From positions 20,398,001 to 20,462,000 of the forward strand of contig OZ024748.1 of NCBI GenBank assembly GCA_964016885.1: a stretch of 64,000 bases of DNA. Direction: 5' to 3'. Below are positions 39,153 through 53,736 of the stretch, piece by piece. Below the pieces are notes generated by a model. That model made no database searches. It was not told the DNA's origin and saw only the letters and a list, made by a program, of their open reading frames with translations. Every line of letters starts with the position of its first letter. The stretch's first letter is position 1. Origin of the DNA: Eledone cirrhosa (lineage: Eukaryota). Made by a program: the position numbers and the translations under genes.

Positions 39153-39655
39153 AATTCACAAGGATCAAAGCTATGTTGAAAGCATTTATTCACTTACAAT
39201 TGTTTCATCCAAACCTAGGCTTGGAGTCTTCGGAGCAATTTTTAATGCTTGTACATATAATTGACCTCCTTTCCAATGCAAGATACAGATACATATATAT
39301 ATATATATTGATGTACAGTGGAGTGGCATATATTATACTGTACTATTTTTGTACAGCAATTCAAATTCAAAATCAAAATCAAAATCAAAATCAAAATTAA
39401 AATAAAAATAAAAATAAAATTTTAATTTTAATGTTAATTTTGAATTTGAATTGCTGTACAAAAATAGTATAGTATAATATATGCCACTCCACTGTACATC
39501 AATATATATATATATGTATCTGTATCTTGCGTTGGAAAGGAGGTCAATTATGTGTACAAACATTGAAAAATGCTCTGAAGACTCCAAGCCTAGGTTTGGA
39601 TGAAACAATTGTAAGTGAATAAATGCTTTCAACATAGCTTTGATCCTTGTGAATT
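39153..39655. mobile_element. Fold-back hammerhead-bearing element in (TA)n
   Basis: About 220-bp inverted arms around an A/T-rich spacer. Confidence 0.75.
39571..39617 (+). ncRNA. Minimal type I hammerhead ribozyme
   Basis: UGCU CUGAAGA c UCCAAGC cuag GUUUGGA u GAAAC AAUU GUA AGUG; the mirror arm reads CCGAAGA. Confidence 0.75.
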
Positions 39656-39700
39656 CTATATAGTTATATATAGATATATATATCTATATATCTATATATA

Positions 39701-39747
<47 letters not shown>

Positions 39748-39928
39748 ATATATATATCTATATCTATATCTATATATATATCTATATCTATATATATATC
39801 TATATCTATATATATATCTATATCTATATATCTATATATATATATCTATATATCTATATATATATATATCTATATATCTATATATATCTATATATATCTA
39901 CATATATATATATCTATCTATATATATC

Positions 39929-40005
<77 letters not shown>

Positions 40006-40322
40006 TGGAGGCACATGGCTTAGTGGTTAGAGCATTGGACTTGCAATCGAAAGGTTGTGAGTTCAATTCTCAGACCGGGTGATGTGTTGTTTCCTTGAGC
40101 AAGACACTTTATTTCACATTGCTCCAGTTTACTCAGCTGTAGAAATGAGATGATAGAGACTGGGGTCCCTATCATTCCACTGCAAAGTGGTCGTGGAGGT
40201 GCCACTGCAAAAAAAGCACCCAGCACTCACTGTAAATGAGGTTGGTATTAGGAAGGGCATCCAGCTGTAGAATTCAAGCCAGAATCAGTTCCCGTCCCAC
40301 CCGTGCAAATGAAATGGAAATG
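40006..40322 (+). mobile_element. SINE family B
   Basis: Consensus match, in (TA)n. Confidence 0.87.
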
Positions 40323-40439
40323 ATATATATATCTATATATATATATCTATATCTATATATATATATATCTATCTATATATCTATATATATTTATATATAT
40401 ATATATATCTATATATCTATCTATATATATATATATATA

Positions 40440-41670
40440 TTGTCTAAGACTAAAGTTCTATTTTGTAGGAAGGAAAATAGGGTGCCGGTCCCATCCGGGA
40501 AATGGCCATGCTCAGTGTCTAGGAAAGGAGTAGGTAGAAACTCCATTTTATGTCCCAAATGCAAAGTATGGGTGCATAAAAGATGTAGTGGGATCACAGG
40601 TAAGCTAACTAAGAACATAGATTTTATATGTGGCCGGTGCTCTGGTGCAATAAGTAGCAGCAAGTGCCCACAAAATACTAGCTCATTCAATTGCACAGAT
40701 GGTTCTATAGAAATAGTGGACAGCTTCCGTTACCTGGGTGATAAAATCAGCAGTGGGGGAGGGTGCTCTGAAAGTACAGTAGCTAGAGTCAGAACTGGAT
40801 GGAAAAAATTCAGAGAGCTTATAACACTATTAGCCACTAAAGGGTTCTCCCAAAAAATGAAAGGCAGGCTGTATGATGCCTACATACGAACAGCAATGTT
40901 ACATGGCAGTGAGACCTGGGCATTGTGTGCAGAGGATATACGCAGACTGGAGAGGAACGAAGCTTGCATGCTCCGCTGGATGTGTAATAGTAATATACGT
41001 GAACGGCAAAGCATAAACGAACAAAGGGAAAAATTAGAAATAAGAGGGATCAGATGTTTACTCGAGAGAAGACTACGTTGGTATGGTCACGTGATGTGCA
41101 TGAAAGACGACAGCTGTATAAAAAAGTGCAGGGCAATAAAAATAGACAGTAGCCACAGAGTAGGCAGACCCAGAAAAACCTGGGATGACTTGATAAATTC
41201 CGACCTCACATACTTACACCTCTCCAAGACAATGTCACTGGACTGAGATCTTTGGCGCTACACAGTAATAGAGAAGACCCACCTTACCTAAGTACAAAGT
41301 GAAACCTACTACAGTCAGTGGGCACCTCTAAGAAAATACACCCCATCCCACTACCCCCACCCCACCTACACCACCCCTTTCAATGTAAAGTTATGTTGGT
41401 ACCACAACATCCAGCCCGACACAAATGAGGTCGTGTAGGTGTCACGACAAAAAAACACACAGTCCACGCTGTAATGTGGCCGTGTAGGCAACACGGTAAA
41501 AACCTCCCAGTCCCACACTGTAAATGTGGTTGGTGTTAGGAAGAGCATCCAGCTGTAGAAAACCCGCCAGACAGTCCTATGCGAGCAAGACAACCACTCT
41601 TGCCTCAAGTGGGAAAACCCCCGTCCAAACCCATGCAAGCGTGGAAGATGGACGTTAAACGATGGTGATG
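40440..41670 (+). mobile_element. Longest RTE LINE copy, with a Cys-rich (PHD-like) segment inside the RT C-terminal region
   Basis: SKTKVL..WPCSV..GVG.NSILCPKCKVWVHKRCSGI..FICGRC..FRYLG..HGSETW..RRLRWYGHV..GRPRKTW; (GAT) tail. Confidence 0.92.
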
Positions 41671-42019
41671 ATATATATATATATATATCTATATATATAT
41701 ATATATCTATATATATATACCTATATATATATATATATATCTATATCTATATATATATATATATATATATCTATATCTATATATATATATACCGATATAT
41801 ATATCTATATATATATATATATATATACCTACCTATATATATATATATACCTATATATATATATATATATATACCTATATATATATATATACCTATATAT
41901 ATATATACCTATATATATATATATAAATGAAAGGTATAGAAAACACTGCAGCGAAAAGCCAACAGCACTCCATAATATATATATATATATATACACCTAT
42001 ATATATATATATATATACC

Positions 42020-42050
<31 letters not shown>

Positions 42051-42198
42051 ATATGTATATACATATATACCTATATATATATAGGTATATATGTATATAC
42101 ATATAGGTATATATATATATATATATATATAGGTATATATGTATATACATATAGGTATATATATATATATATATATAGGTATATATGTATATACATAT

Positions 42199-42245
<47 letters not shown>

Positions 42246-42414
42246 TATATATGTATATACATATAGGTATATATATATATATATATATATAGGTATATAT
42301 GTATATACATATAGGTATATATATATATATATACATGTATATACATATAGGTATATATATATATATATACATGTATATACATATAGGTATATATATATAT
42401 ATATATACATATAG

Positions 42415-42455
<41 letters not shown>

Positions 42456-43207
42456 TATATATGTATATACATATATATATATATATATATAGGTATATAT
42501 GTATATACATATAGGTATATATATATATAGGTATATATATGTATATATATATATATATATCTATATATATATATATATATATATTCCAGCATTCTGGCCA
42601 CACCTTACAGGTCTCATTTCTATGTTATCTGCCCCTACTTTTCCCTTCCTTACCTTGTGTGTGTTATTCTATATGTGGCTGTGCTATTGTGTATGTATGA
42701 ATGTGTGTGTCTGTATGTATGAATGTGTGTGTGTGTGTGTCTGTATGTATCTTTATGTATGTATGTATGTATCTACCTTATTTGAGTTGGTCCTTACCAT
42801 TTGTCTCTTATTTCAACTAACCCAAATTTTGTTACCAATCCTACCACTCTTCCCACATAGCTTACGACCCTCACCTACGAATTATAGACATGCCTAACTA
42901 CTAACAACATATCTCAGTGCCCCTCCCTTCCCTATCTCTCTCTCGTCCACATTTTGATCATTGAAGAAGGATAAGGGTTTGAAATGTTCGTCGTTCCCTC
43001 TTCCTCTTCATGGCGCAAAATTTATGTGGTTGATGATCGCATAAGGCAGAGAGCATTCTTTAGTCCTACCAAGGATATGGAAACATCTTTAGTGCCACAA
43101 TAAAATGCACCCAATACACTCTGTTAAATAGTTAGAATTAGGAATGCATCCTGCATAGAAAACATGTCAAACATTGGAATGTATGAGTGATGTATGGTCC
43201 ACTGTGC

Positions 43208-43526
43208 CAGTGGTCTCCAACCTTTTTTATACCACGGACCGGCTTCATACTGGACAATCTTTCCACAGACTGGTAGTTGTACATATGTGTTATTTAAGTG
43301 GATTTCGATAAAGAGAGCAACAATAAAAAGGGCAATCTATTAAAGGGAAGAAAAAGTGCAGTGAGTATATGAATATTGAATATTTAAACAAATCTTTTTA
43401 AATTAAAGTCCAATATTCAATTTATCTATTATATAATTGTAAACAAGTTAATCATTTCCATGTGGCCTGGTAGCAAATGATCCACGGGCCGGTACCAGTC
43501 CGCGGCCCGGTGGTGGGGGACATCTG
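43208..43526. mobile_element. hAT (Charlie-like) MITE
   Basis: TIRs cagtggtctccaacc / ggtgggggacatctg; 8-bp TSD cactgtgc / cactgagc. Confidence 0.8.
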
Positions 43527-43577
43527 CACTGAGCTACCTAGGTGGAGTGGGGAAGGCAGTAACTCCAAATAAGAGCT

Positions 43578-44556
43578 GACTAGGACCATAATGACCTGTC
43601 TAACCCATGCCAAGCAAACATAAAATGATGATAACTAGGACCATAATGACCTGTCTAACCCATGCCAAGCAAACATAAAATGATGATGACTAGGACCATA
43701 ATGACCTGTCTAACCCATGCCAAGCAAACATAAAATGATGATAACTAGGACCATAATGACCTGTCTAACCCATGCCAAGCAAACAAAATGATGATAACTA
43801 GGACCATAATGACCTGTCTAACCCATGCCAAGCAAACAAAATGATGATAACTAGGACCATAATGACCTGTCTAACCCATGCCAAGCAAACATAAAAAGAT
43901 GATGACTAGGACCATAATGACCTGTCTAACCCATGCCAAGCAAACATAAAATGATAACTAGGACCATAATGACCTGTCTAACCCATGCCAAGCAAACAAA
44001 ATGATGATAACTAGGACCATAATGACCTGTCTAACCCATGCCAAGCAAACATAAAAAGATGATGACTAGGACCATAATGACCTGTCTAACCCATGCCAAG
44101 CAAACATAAAATGATGATAACTAGGACCATAATGACCTGTCTAACCCATGCCAAGCAAACAAAATGATGATAACTAGGACCATAATGACCTGTCTAACCC
44201 ATGCCAAGCAAACATAAAAAGATGATGACTAGGACCATAATGACCTGTCTAACCCATGCCAAGCAAACATAAAATGATGATAACTAGGACCATAATGACC
44301 TGTCTAACCCATGCCAAGCAAACATAAAATGATGATAACTAGGACCATAATGACCTGTCTAACCCATGCCAAGCAAACAAAATGATGATAACTAGGACCA
44401 TAATGACCTGTCTAACCCATGCCAAGCAAACATAAAATGATGATAACTAGGACCATAATGACCTGTCTAACCCATGCCAAGCAAACATAAAATGATGATA
44501 ACTAGGACCATAATGACCTGTCTAACCCATGCCAAGCAAACATAAAATGATGATAA
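43578..44556. repeat. About 55-bp minisatellite, about 18 copies
   Basis: Unit aactaggaccataatgacctgtctaacccatgccaagcaaacataaaatgatgat. Confidence 0.95.
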
Positions 44557-44930
44557 TTTAATGTTTGTTGCCTGTCTCTCTGTCTGTCTGTCTAAATGGT
44601 TGATAGAGTCAGTGATTGTAATGTGTCGACATGTTTTAGTCTGAGGAGACAATGATAATTGTTTTGTCTATCAACCTAGCCTTAGTAGGCTTTAGACTCT
44701 ACTAAAGTTAGACATCAGTTGGTTCCACAGATATAAAGACAAGCATTATTTCATTGATGAAGTTGATAATGTCAAACCAACCTCAGATCACAACTTTAAC
44801 ATTTAAATATAATTAAGTGTGTGTATAAATCTAAGGTAAAAGACGAATTGTCAACAATATCTTTTGCAATTGCATTCTTTTTTCTATGTCCATACCTGCA
44901 TTGTTTTGGCTTTATTATACATATTCAAAC

Positions 44931-44984
<54 letters not shown>

Positions 44985-45295
44985 ATATATATATGTATGT
45001 AAAAGGTAAACAGAAATAACACAATCGGTACAGTATATGGAAGAGATATATATAACATTTACATACAATTAGATATATATATATATCCATATACCTATCT
45101 CTCTTTCTCTGTGTGTATGTGTGTGTATATATGTATTCAAATAATAATAAAAGAATCTTATTACAAAGGAGAAACATACAGATCATATCTGTTATTTAAA
45201 TATCTATTTTTCTGTTTCAACAAAACATTAATTATTGATTAGTTAGAATGTCAGAGGTTATTTACATTCCACATAACTACAAATACATTTCAGAA

Positions 45296-45578
45296 TTGTA
45301 CATGTCTGGCAGATGACTTGATCTGAGACTGTGTTGTACACGTCTGGCAAGTGACTTGATCTGGGACTATGTGCTGTACATGACTGGCAGATGACTTGAT
45401 CTGAGACTGTGTTGTACACGTCTGGCAAGTGACTTCATCTGGGACTACGTGCTGTACATGACTGGCAAGTCAATTGATCTGAGACTGTGTGTTGAACATG
45501 TCTGGCAGATGACTTGATCTGAGACATTGTGTTGAACACGTCTGGCAGATGACTTGATCTGAGACAGTGTGTTGAACT
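45296..45578. repeat. About 39-40-bp degenerate tandem repeat
   Basis: tgtacatgtctggcagatgacttgatctgagactgtg, about 7 copies. Confidence 0.85.
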
Positions 45579-45996
45579 AAAACAATTATTGCATGGAAGA
45601 ATCATTTTAGCAATTTAAACCATAGCCACAGAAAACCTGCCAAGTAAAGGGTCGGGATGACGTGTCAGCTGTGTTAAAGACATGACAATATCCCTAGTGC
45701 TGGTGGTCTGCATGATTATATGCACTCAGTACACTCTATAAAGTAGTTGGTGATAGGAAAGACATCCTGCTATAGAAAACCTGCCAAACAAATGGTTGGG
45801 ATGACTCTTCAGTTGTGTCAAAGACATGACAACATCGCTAGTGCTGGTGTCATGATAAAATATACTCAGTCCAACATGGGAATGTAAGAAAACGAGATGC
45901 AGGTCCCCGGCTCATTCAAGATATCAGTATCACTTATTGAGTCCTGATTTAGTCTGTGAAATGGATCCAACCGGAGCTAGCAATGGAAACAGACAA

Positions 45997-46409
45997 ATAA
46001 TTGTTTCTACTTTTGGTACAAGGCCAGCAATTACTCCAGTGCATTTCTGGTGGTCTTATAGACCTCATAAGGATGAAAGGCAATGTTAACCTCGGTGGGA
46101 TTTGAACTCAGATCATAAAGGGCCATATGCGGCAAAGCAAGTCATCTGTTCCTCTACCAATAATGCCAAATGATGTTGATGTCAACAGTTTCATTACCTT
46201 TTCTGACACAGTTCCACTTCAACTGTCATTTGGCAGTATCGGTAGAGAGTCGGACGCCATGCTTTCCAGCATAGAGTTACGTCTCTTTACGGTCTGAGTT
46301 CAAATCCCGCCGAGGTTAACTTTGCCTTTCATCCTTACGGGGTCGATAAAATAAAGTACCAGTAATGTACTGGGTAATTGCTGGCCTTGTGCCAAAAGTA
46401 GAAACAATT
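45997..46409. mobile_element. Two SINE family A copies in opposite orientation
   Basis: 45997-46168 (-) and 46229-46409 (+). Confidence 0.82.
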
Positions 46410-47659
46410 GTTGATCTTTAACATATTTAACCCTAGGTAGACTTTGATCAAGTAGACCTGTGATTGAAAATATTCCAGCTCTAACCTTCATGTCTTTCTA
46501 CAGCTATATAGGACTACAGTATCCAATGTATCCCATTTCTCTTTTAAGATGGTATTTATGAGATTTGAGGGATATTTAGCTGCTACTACTAGCAGCACAA
46601 GTAAGCAACTATGTATAATCTCTCCTTTATTGATCAGATTGGTTTGGTTGGTGCACTGTTATGCATGAGATGTAACACTGACACTATGATATTATTAATA
46701 TTTCAAACCTTTTCAGCCCTCACCAGTTTACATCCACCTTCCATGTTAGTAATGGTTGGATGGGTCATTATAGAAAATTTCAGTACTTAATTGAAGCTAG
46801 TGTTCTCCTAGATGGGTCGGTCAGTCCAAGTCAGGGAGGCCACATTTAAAATTCTAAACAAAATTTAATTTACAATAGATTAAATAAGATAGAGGGACCA
46901 TAGAGTGCTGTCATTGAAAGGGGGTGAACAATGTTGAAAAGAATACAAAAGAAAAAATATATAGTTGGTTGACTAACCTCGTGTGTTTGAGGACACGTGG
47001 TGGAATTAGGGAGTATTTTCTATGACAAAATCTTCTCTAAAACAAACAAAACCTGTTTGTTTCCTAACGAATAACAGGAAAAGAAAATTATGGTAACTGG
47101 TTTCACATAAATATCTATTAAAATAAATTTATAGAAAGAAAAAATAAGAAGAGGGAAGGTGCAGCAAACAACAAAAAAATAAAACAAAGGAACCAGAAGT
47201 GTTATTTAGATAAAAGAGCTATCATATTTTTCTTCTTTCTCACCTAACATCTTCAGCACAATTATTTCAGTTTTATTATTCAATGATATTTCCGGAATGT
47301 ATGAATATTCTTTCTTAATTTCATAATTATTTACATCATATTTTCACATGGTTTTATTTTATTTTGTTTTGTGTGAAATTTCAGAGAGACAGAAAAAAAA
47401 ACAAAAAAACACATTAAACAATGCATTACATAGGTTGGATGGTCACGTTTCTAATTTCTTCCATGACCATCAAAATTATTTTGAGAGGTTAAATTGGGAA
47501 TAATTCAAGTTTTCAGACCAACCCTTACATGAAATTATCTGCCAAACATTAGTTTTCCATCCATCCATCTACTAGTACATATATTCAGGGTTGGATTTAT
47601 CAGGGAGTAGAGGAAGCAGATGCCATTGGCACATCTTGTCAAACAGGGCCCCTCTAGGA

Positions 47660-47960
47660 ACAGCCCTGGGCCCTTCAAACCTAAACTACTCAGGACCTGC
47701 CAAACCTGAACTGCTTAGGGCCCCAAAAACCTGAACTGCCCAGTGCCCCCAAAACCTAAACTGCCCCCCTCCCCCCATCTAAATTGCTCATAGCCTTCAA
47801 AACCTAAACTGCCCAGGGCCTCCAAATCCTAAACTGCTCAGGGCCCCCAAAACCTGAATTGCCCAGGGTCCTCAAAACCTAAACTGCCCAGGGCCCCCAA
47901 AATCTAAACTACCTAGGGCACCACCAAACCTGAACTGCCTCAGGCCACCCAAAAAGTCTA
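47660..47960. repeat. About 25-bp degenerate tandem repeat
   Basis: aaacctaaactgcccagggccccca-like units. Confidence 0.8.
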
Positions 47961-49545
47961 AATATGGCTCTGCATATATTCTTGCTTAACATGACTGTTT
48001 CTATGTTAACATCAAAAACGCTACAAAGATGAAAAGTCTCTGGAGTTGACATTATTCCACTGTAAGATGTATTAACATGGGAATACAGATACATTATCAA
48101 AGTTATCAAGGAGACAAGAATCTATTTTAATGCACCCCCCTACAAGTATTTAGATTGAACCAGGAAGTATCACATACAAACAATTATATGTATGGTCCTG
48201 TAGCTTCCTTGTATCTTAAAAAAGAGAGACACACTAGATAATGTAGTCCTAGATATATGTTGTCTGAAAGAATTTTAACACCTTTTTATCTTATATGTTT
48301 AGCTCCACACTATCCCTGATTGAACAAACAGGATCAAAAACATTCCAGACATGACTATCTCCTCTTTTTGTTTTTGTTTTTCTAATAACACATATTCTAA
48401 TGAAGCCTTATATACATTTTTTAAGACAGTAATGTGTGATTAATAGCAAATCTGGTTGTTATTTCTAGCAGGCCAAGTAACTATGTAGAAGCTACTTTCA
48501 TAGATTTGAAATGAAGTAATAAGCAATAAGATATGATTTCCAATAGTTAAGGTTTGCTCCCTTCAAAAACCCTCTTTGAGGTCTCAGAATATGCCATCTT
48601 TGTGCATCCATCCCAAGCCTCACAGGACAGGTTGCAGGCCCAACGCCAGTTTTTACAGCATGTTTGAGGACTCTGCACCCATGACCCTCCCAGAAATAAG
48701 TGGTTGAAGAAGAAGAAGAAGAAGAAGAAGAAGAAGAAGAAAAAGAAGAAGAAGAAGAAGAAGAAGGACGACGAAGAAGATATGATTGTATCCAATCAGA
48801 AAGCGTAAAAAAAAAATGAAGATTATGTGAACTTTGCAATGAACTTTGCAAATAACTCGACTTTAGTAATGAGAAGAGAACAATAAAATAACGTTGAGAT
48901 ATTCCCATGGGCAGAGAGACAGAGATCTTCCATATTGTTATAGAAACAACACAAGAAATATATATATATATGGTATATTGAAACATAATGTGTACAACTT
49001 GTTATAAAAAAGATAAGGTGTGCCATGAAACGAAAGTGTCTGCTGAATGTCATTGTAAAGAATAGCAGAATGACACCTACTCTTCTGTAATTCCCACAGA
49101 GTTATTCTCAAATCATACAGACACATCTATATATACTTACATACATAAGTAAATATACTTACATACATAAGTAAATATATTTACATACATACATACATAC
49201 ATATATAAGTACACATACATACATACTTACATATATATACATATGTACATATACATACATACATACATTTACATACATACATATATTTACATACATACAT
49301 ACATATAGATTTACATACATACATAGATTTACATACATACATATATTTACATACATACATACATAGATTTACATACATACATACATACATAGATTTACAT
49401 ACATACATACATAGATTTACATACATACATACATAGATTTACATACATATATTCATATATTTACATACATACATTCATATATTTACATACATATATTCAT
49501 ATATTTACATACATACATTCATATATTTACATACATATATTCATA

Positions 49546-49577
<32 letters not shown>

Positions 49578-49629
49578 CATACCTATATACATATACTTAA
49601 ATGCACAGACACACATATATACATACATA

Positions 49630-49669
<40 letters not shown>

Positions 49670-50020
49670 CTTACATATATACAGACATACATAGACTTAC
49701 ATATATACAGACATGCATATAAATACATACATATATCTATACATACAAACAAACATATTTATATACATACATTACATAGAATATATAGAAACACATTCTT
49801 CTTTATAGTTATTTTCTCATGACTGTGCGATATTTTCTAATCAGATTTTTACACGTTTCTCAAATCACGTTCCATAATTCGATTCCCACCAATAAATGTT
49901 TCTACAATTTTCTAGTTAGATTCACAAAAACAATGTAACTTCATCAAAGTCTTGTTTATTGCCCTGTTTATTGTAGTTAGTAGTAGTAGTAGTCGCATCA
50001 GGGCAGTGGATTGGCAGTAT

Positions 50021-50296
50021 CAGTAGAGCGTTGGAAACCATGCTTTGCAGCATGGAGTTACAGCCCTTTACGATCTGAGTTCAAATCCTGCCGAGGTTAA
50101 CTGTGCCTTTCATCCTTACGGGGTCGATAAAATAAAGAACCAGTCACGCACTGGTGTCGATTTAATCGACTTACCCCTTCCCCCAAATTGCTGGCCTTGT
50201 TCCTATTTAAGAATCCTTACGGGGTCGATAAAATAAAGTACCAGTAATGCACTGGGATAATTGCTGGCCTTGTGCCTAAAGTAGAAACAATTATTA
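50021..50296 (+). mobile_element. SINE family A with duplicated 3' half
   Basis: Consensus match; followed by (TAT)n/(TAG)n. Confidence 0.82.
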
Positions 50297-50303
50297 TTAT
50301 TAT

Positions 50304-50352
<49 letters not shown>

Positions 50353-50920
50353 TTAGCCCTATCTCTGACTTGATTGGGCAGACTTATGTAGAATTAAAGA
50401 CATTCAAGCAATGACCTTCCTGTATTTTTAAAAGTATGCCTAGAATCCCATATATTATCCAATGCGTCCTTTCCCATCCTTCCCTAAAACAGTAAGGTGT
50501 GATATAGCTGCTATTTCTAGTTGCCTGTTAAGCACCCTATTAAAATAGTTATGTATAGTTATAATAGTTAACATGTGGTCTAATAATAACACCCTAACTA
50601 TTCACCTATCGATTTAAGAGAATGAGAAGAAGTATTCGTACTGTACCCTACACCATATCTCATATATTTAAACATATGGGACACATGTGAAACTAAGGAA
50701 CCCTGTCTAACTTTGTTCCTTAAGGGCCAATCTGGAACTAAACTTTGGGGTCACAATATTTCTTTTTCATTTTTTTTGTAGTTGACACAAACCCCAAAAA
50801 ATGAAATTATAAAAAGAAGAACAGTTTCTAAAACATTAACAAATATTAAATCACAAATTTGGAAATTGAGTTAGAGCCTCATGATATTCAGTTCCCACCA
50901 TGGCCACCACAATGAGATGT

Positions 50921-51210
50921 TATACATTCTCCAGCGGCAACCTGTTTGCGACTAACCCAGGCTCTGCTGCAATTCAGGCCAAGGAGAGTAAACTCTCCAA
51001 ATATCGGTGACTCTCCGACAGGTTTGCAGTCAAACCCATAGCAGTGGAGACTTCTGGTCTCCTTGGCCCTAGGGTCACCTCTCTACTCACCACCATCGGC
51101 ACAGTATTGACTACCTACAGGTGTGAACCTCACAAGCTGGAATGGCTCTTCCAGCATGTCTCCCTCATCATCCTCTTGGAAAACGCCTTCTCTATTTTGT
51201 CTGCTGGGGT
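50921..51210 (+). pseudogene. Restriction-like endonuclease C-terminus of a CRE-type non-LTR retrotransposon (relic)
   Basis: PGSAAIQAKESKLSKYR*L..FAVKPIAVETSGLLG..LL..IG.......E....WLFQHVSLIILLENAFSIL fits the AA..AE..K..KY..L...F.P.AVET.G / FL.QR.S..IQRGNA pattern. Confidence 0.7.
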
Positions 51211-51914
51211 TCCCAATTGTTCAAAATAGTGAGAGATAGGGAGAGCAGGAGAGATGGAGACAGTGACAGTGAGAGTTTGGTACCTTTGTGTCTGGACCCG
51301 GTGTATATGTATATGTTTCATAGATACACATTGGTTTTTCCCTTCATGAAAGTATACTCATCAACTATTGAAAATTATTCAAATGAATATCCTAGAGTCA
51401 TATACATGCATATGTCTGTGTTTGTGTGTATCACTGTGTGCATGTGTGAATATTTTTGCATGTGTTTGTGCATGCATATTTAAATTTAAGTGCAGAAAAT
51501 AAATTTTTTGTGAAAAAAAAAAAAATGGTGTAAGACTTTTGTGAGTCAAAATGTTCACCTGATCAGTAAAATGTGTCTAATGTAGGCAATTGTGGATTTA
51601 ATTTCTTACAATTGAAGCATGAGAAATAGCCAGAAGCATGAAAGGATTAGCTGGCGTCAAAAAGAAAAAAAGAAGTTTTACAGAAACTTCATTGTATCGT
51701 GAAAGAAAGCAATGTGAATGTGTGTGGCTATAAGAGTTTTATTCACAGTGTCTTGAATTCTGAGACAGTGATTTATAAATTACCCTGATATATAAATGTC
51801 TGTTGTGATACTTGCAATTTGTATTACAAGATGAGTCACTAGATGACTCAACTATTATGTAACATTCACTCAGTTATAGAGCAGTTGCTCAACTTAGCTT
51901 TTAGAAGTCTGGTT

Positions 51915-53345
51915 ATAAGTTTAAAGGTTTGGCTGTTGTGTAGCCCAAAATCGGCCCTTTAAGATAGGCCTATAATCTCAAGGTTTAGTTGTTGTTGCTG
52001 TTGTGTAGCCCTAAATCAGCTCTTTTAAAATAGACCTATAATGTCATGGTTTAGTTGTTGTTGTGGTTGTTGCTGAGCTCTAGATCAGCCATCATCAGAC
52101 AGACATATAATTTCAACGTTTAGGTGTTGTTGCTGATGTGTAGGTCCCAAATCAGCTTTCATCAGACAGACCTATAATGTCATGGTTTAGTTATTGTGGC
52201 TGTTGTGTCACCCTAAATCAGCCCTGATCAGAAAGACCTATAATCTCAAGGTTTAGTTGCTGTGGTTGTTGTGTAGCCCTACATCAGCCCTGATCAGACA
52301 GACCTATAATGTCATGGTGTAGTAGTTGTTGCTACTATGTAGACCCTAAATCAGATCTTATGAGACAGACCTAAAAATCTCAGTATTTTCTATAACTTGC
52401 TTTGATTTTAACTAGATTCAGCATTAAACCAATTCAGTTGGCAGATGTATAGATATGACAGAGTTAAATGATACACTTGTTGGCATAATGGACTAATCTG
52501 ACTTCCCTGATGTAGGCATTGTGGACTTATCTAAATGATAGAAGCTATAGATATGATGAGCAGACCTAAATGATACTAGTGTTGGTATAATGGAACAAAC
52601 CAGCTTAATGTGATGTAGATATAGTGGAGTGATCCAGATGGGAGAGGTGTAGATGTGGTGTGGATTGACTCAAATGATAGTGACATTGGTATAATGGACT
52701 CATCTGATAGTGGTGTGGTGTAGCTATAGTGGACTCATGCAATTGATACAGCTATAAGTGTAATGAAATGCTGATATCATATAACCTAGTACAACCTATT
52801 TCACAGTTGGGTAACTTACAAAACTCTCCCGACCTAGTTCACTTCATGATGAGAGTATGCGAGGATTAAAAATATAATCTTTCATAGGTCAACTAGGCAC
52901 ATACCTGGAGAAGAATTAGTGGCCACCTTTTTCAAAAAAATGTGTTATTGCTGTGTACCTATGACACCACCCCATTAAGGTGAATGATGGGCTGGTCCAA
53001 ATGACTATGGATTGGGATAATGAAGTGGTTAACTGATAGGGATGTGGTGTGGTGTAAGTAAAGTGACACTGATCCAGTTAATAGTGGTGTGCTGTAGCAG
53101 AATGGACTGATCTAGCTGATAGGGATGTGGTATGGTGTAATCAGAATGGACTGAACTGACTGATTGTGGTGTGGTGTAAACAAAATAGATTGATCCAGCC
53201 AATAGGGGTGTGGTATGGTGTCAGCAGAGTGGACTGATCGACCTGATGTGAGTGTAGTTGAAAAAAAGATTGATCTAACCAATACAAATGAAGATATGTT
53301 TGACTGACTCACTTGGCTATACTGACTATATAATGGATTGATCCA
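51915..53345. repeat. Two old degenerate tandem arrays (about 60-65 bp and about 40 bp)
   Basis: Recurring cagacagacctataat..ggtttagttg and gtggtgtggtgta..ggactgatc. Confidence 0.65.
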
Positions 53346-53359
53346 CACTGACAATTGTA

Positions 53360-53418
<59 letters not shown>

Positions 53419-53736
53419 ATATATATATATGCCTCTCTGTTTTGTTCCTGTATAAATTTGTACTATATATACACACACACACACACATACAGTGGACTGA
53501 TCTGGTCCTCTTTAACTTACATCTCTCTAAATTCAGTTAATTTAATACCACTAATATACTATTATCAAACCAAACATATAAAAGTTGGCCAAGATGTTTA
53601 TATTAGTTGGAGGATTAAGAGACGTATGAGAGTGTCAGACAGAACACCTTGCTACTTTTATCCTAGTTCTTTATGTTTTGAGTTCAAATCCCATCAAGGA
53701 GAAATTTACTTTTTATTCTCCTGGTGACAATAAAAT

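Noticed and set aside
16585-39655. ADAR A-to-G signature among mismatches between inverted arms
   Set aside because: A few A/G differences exist but are too few to distinguish from ordinary transitions
46977-47035. Possible 59-nt minus-strand exon (ttttag / gttagt)
   Set aside because: Peptide RRFCHRKYSLIPPRVLKHT is not recognisably myosin; may be chance
48550-48780. Possible LINE 3' end with (GAA)n tail
   Set aside because: No recognisable protein motif or second copy in the window
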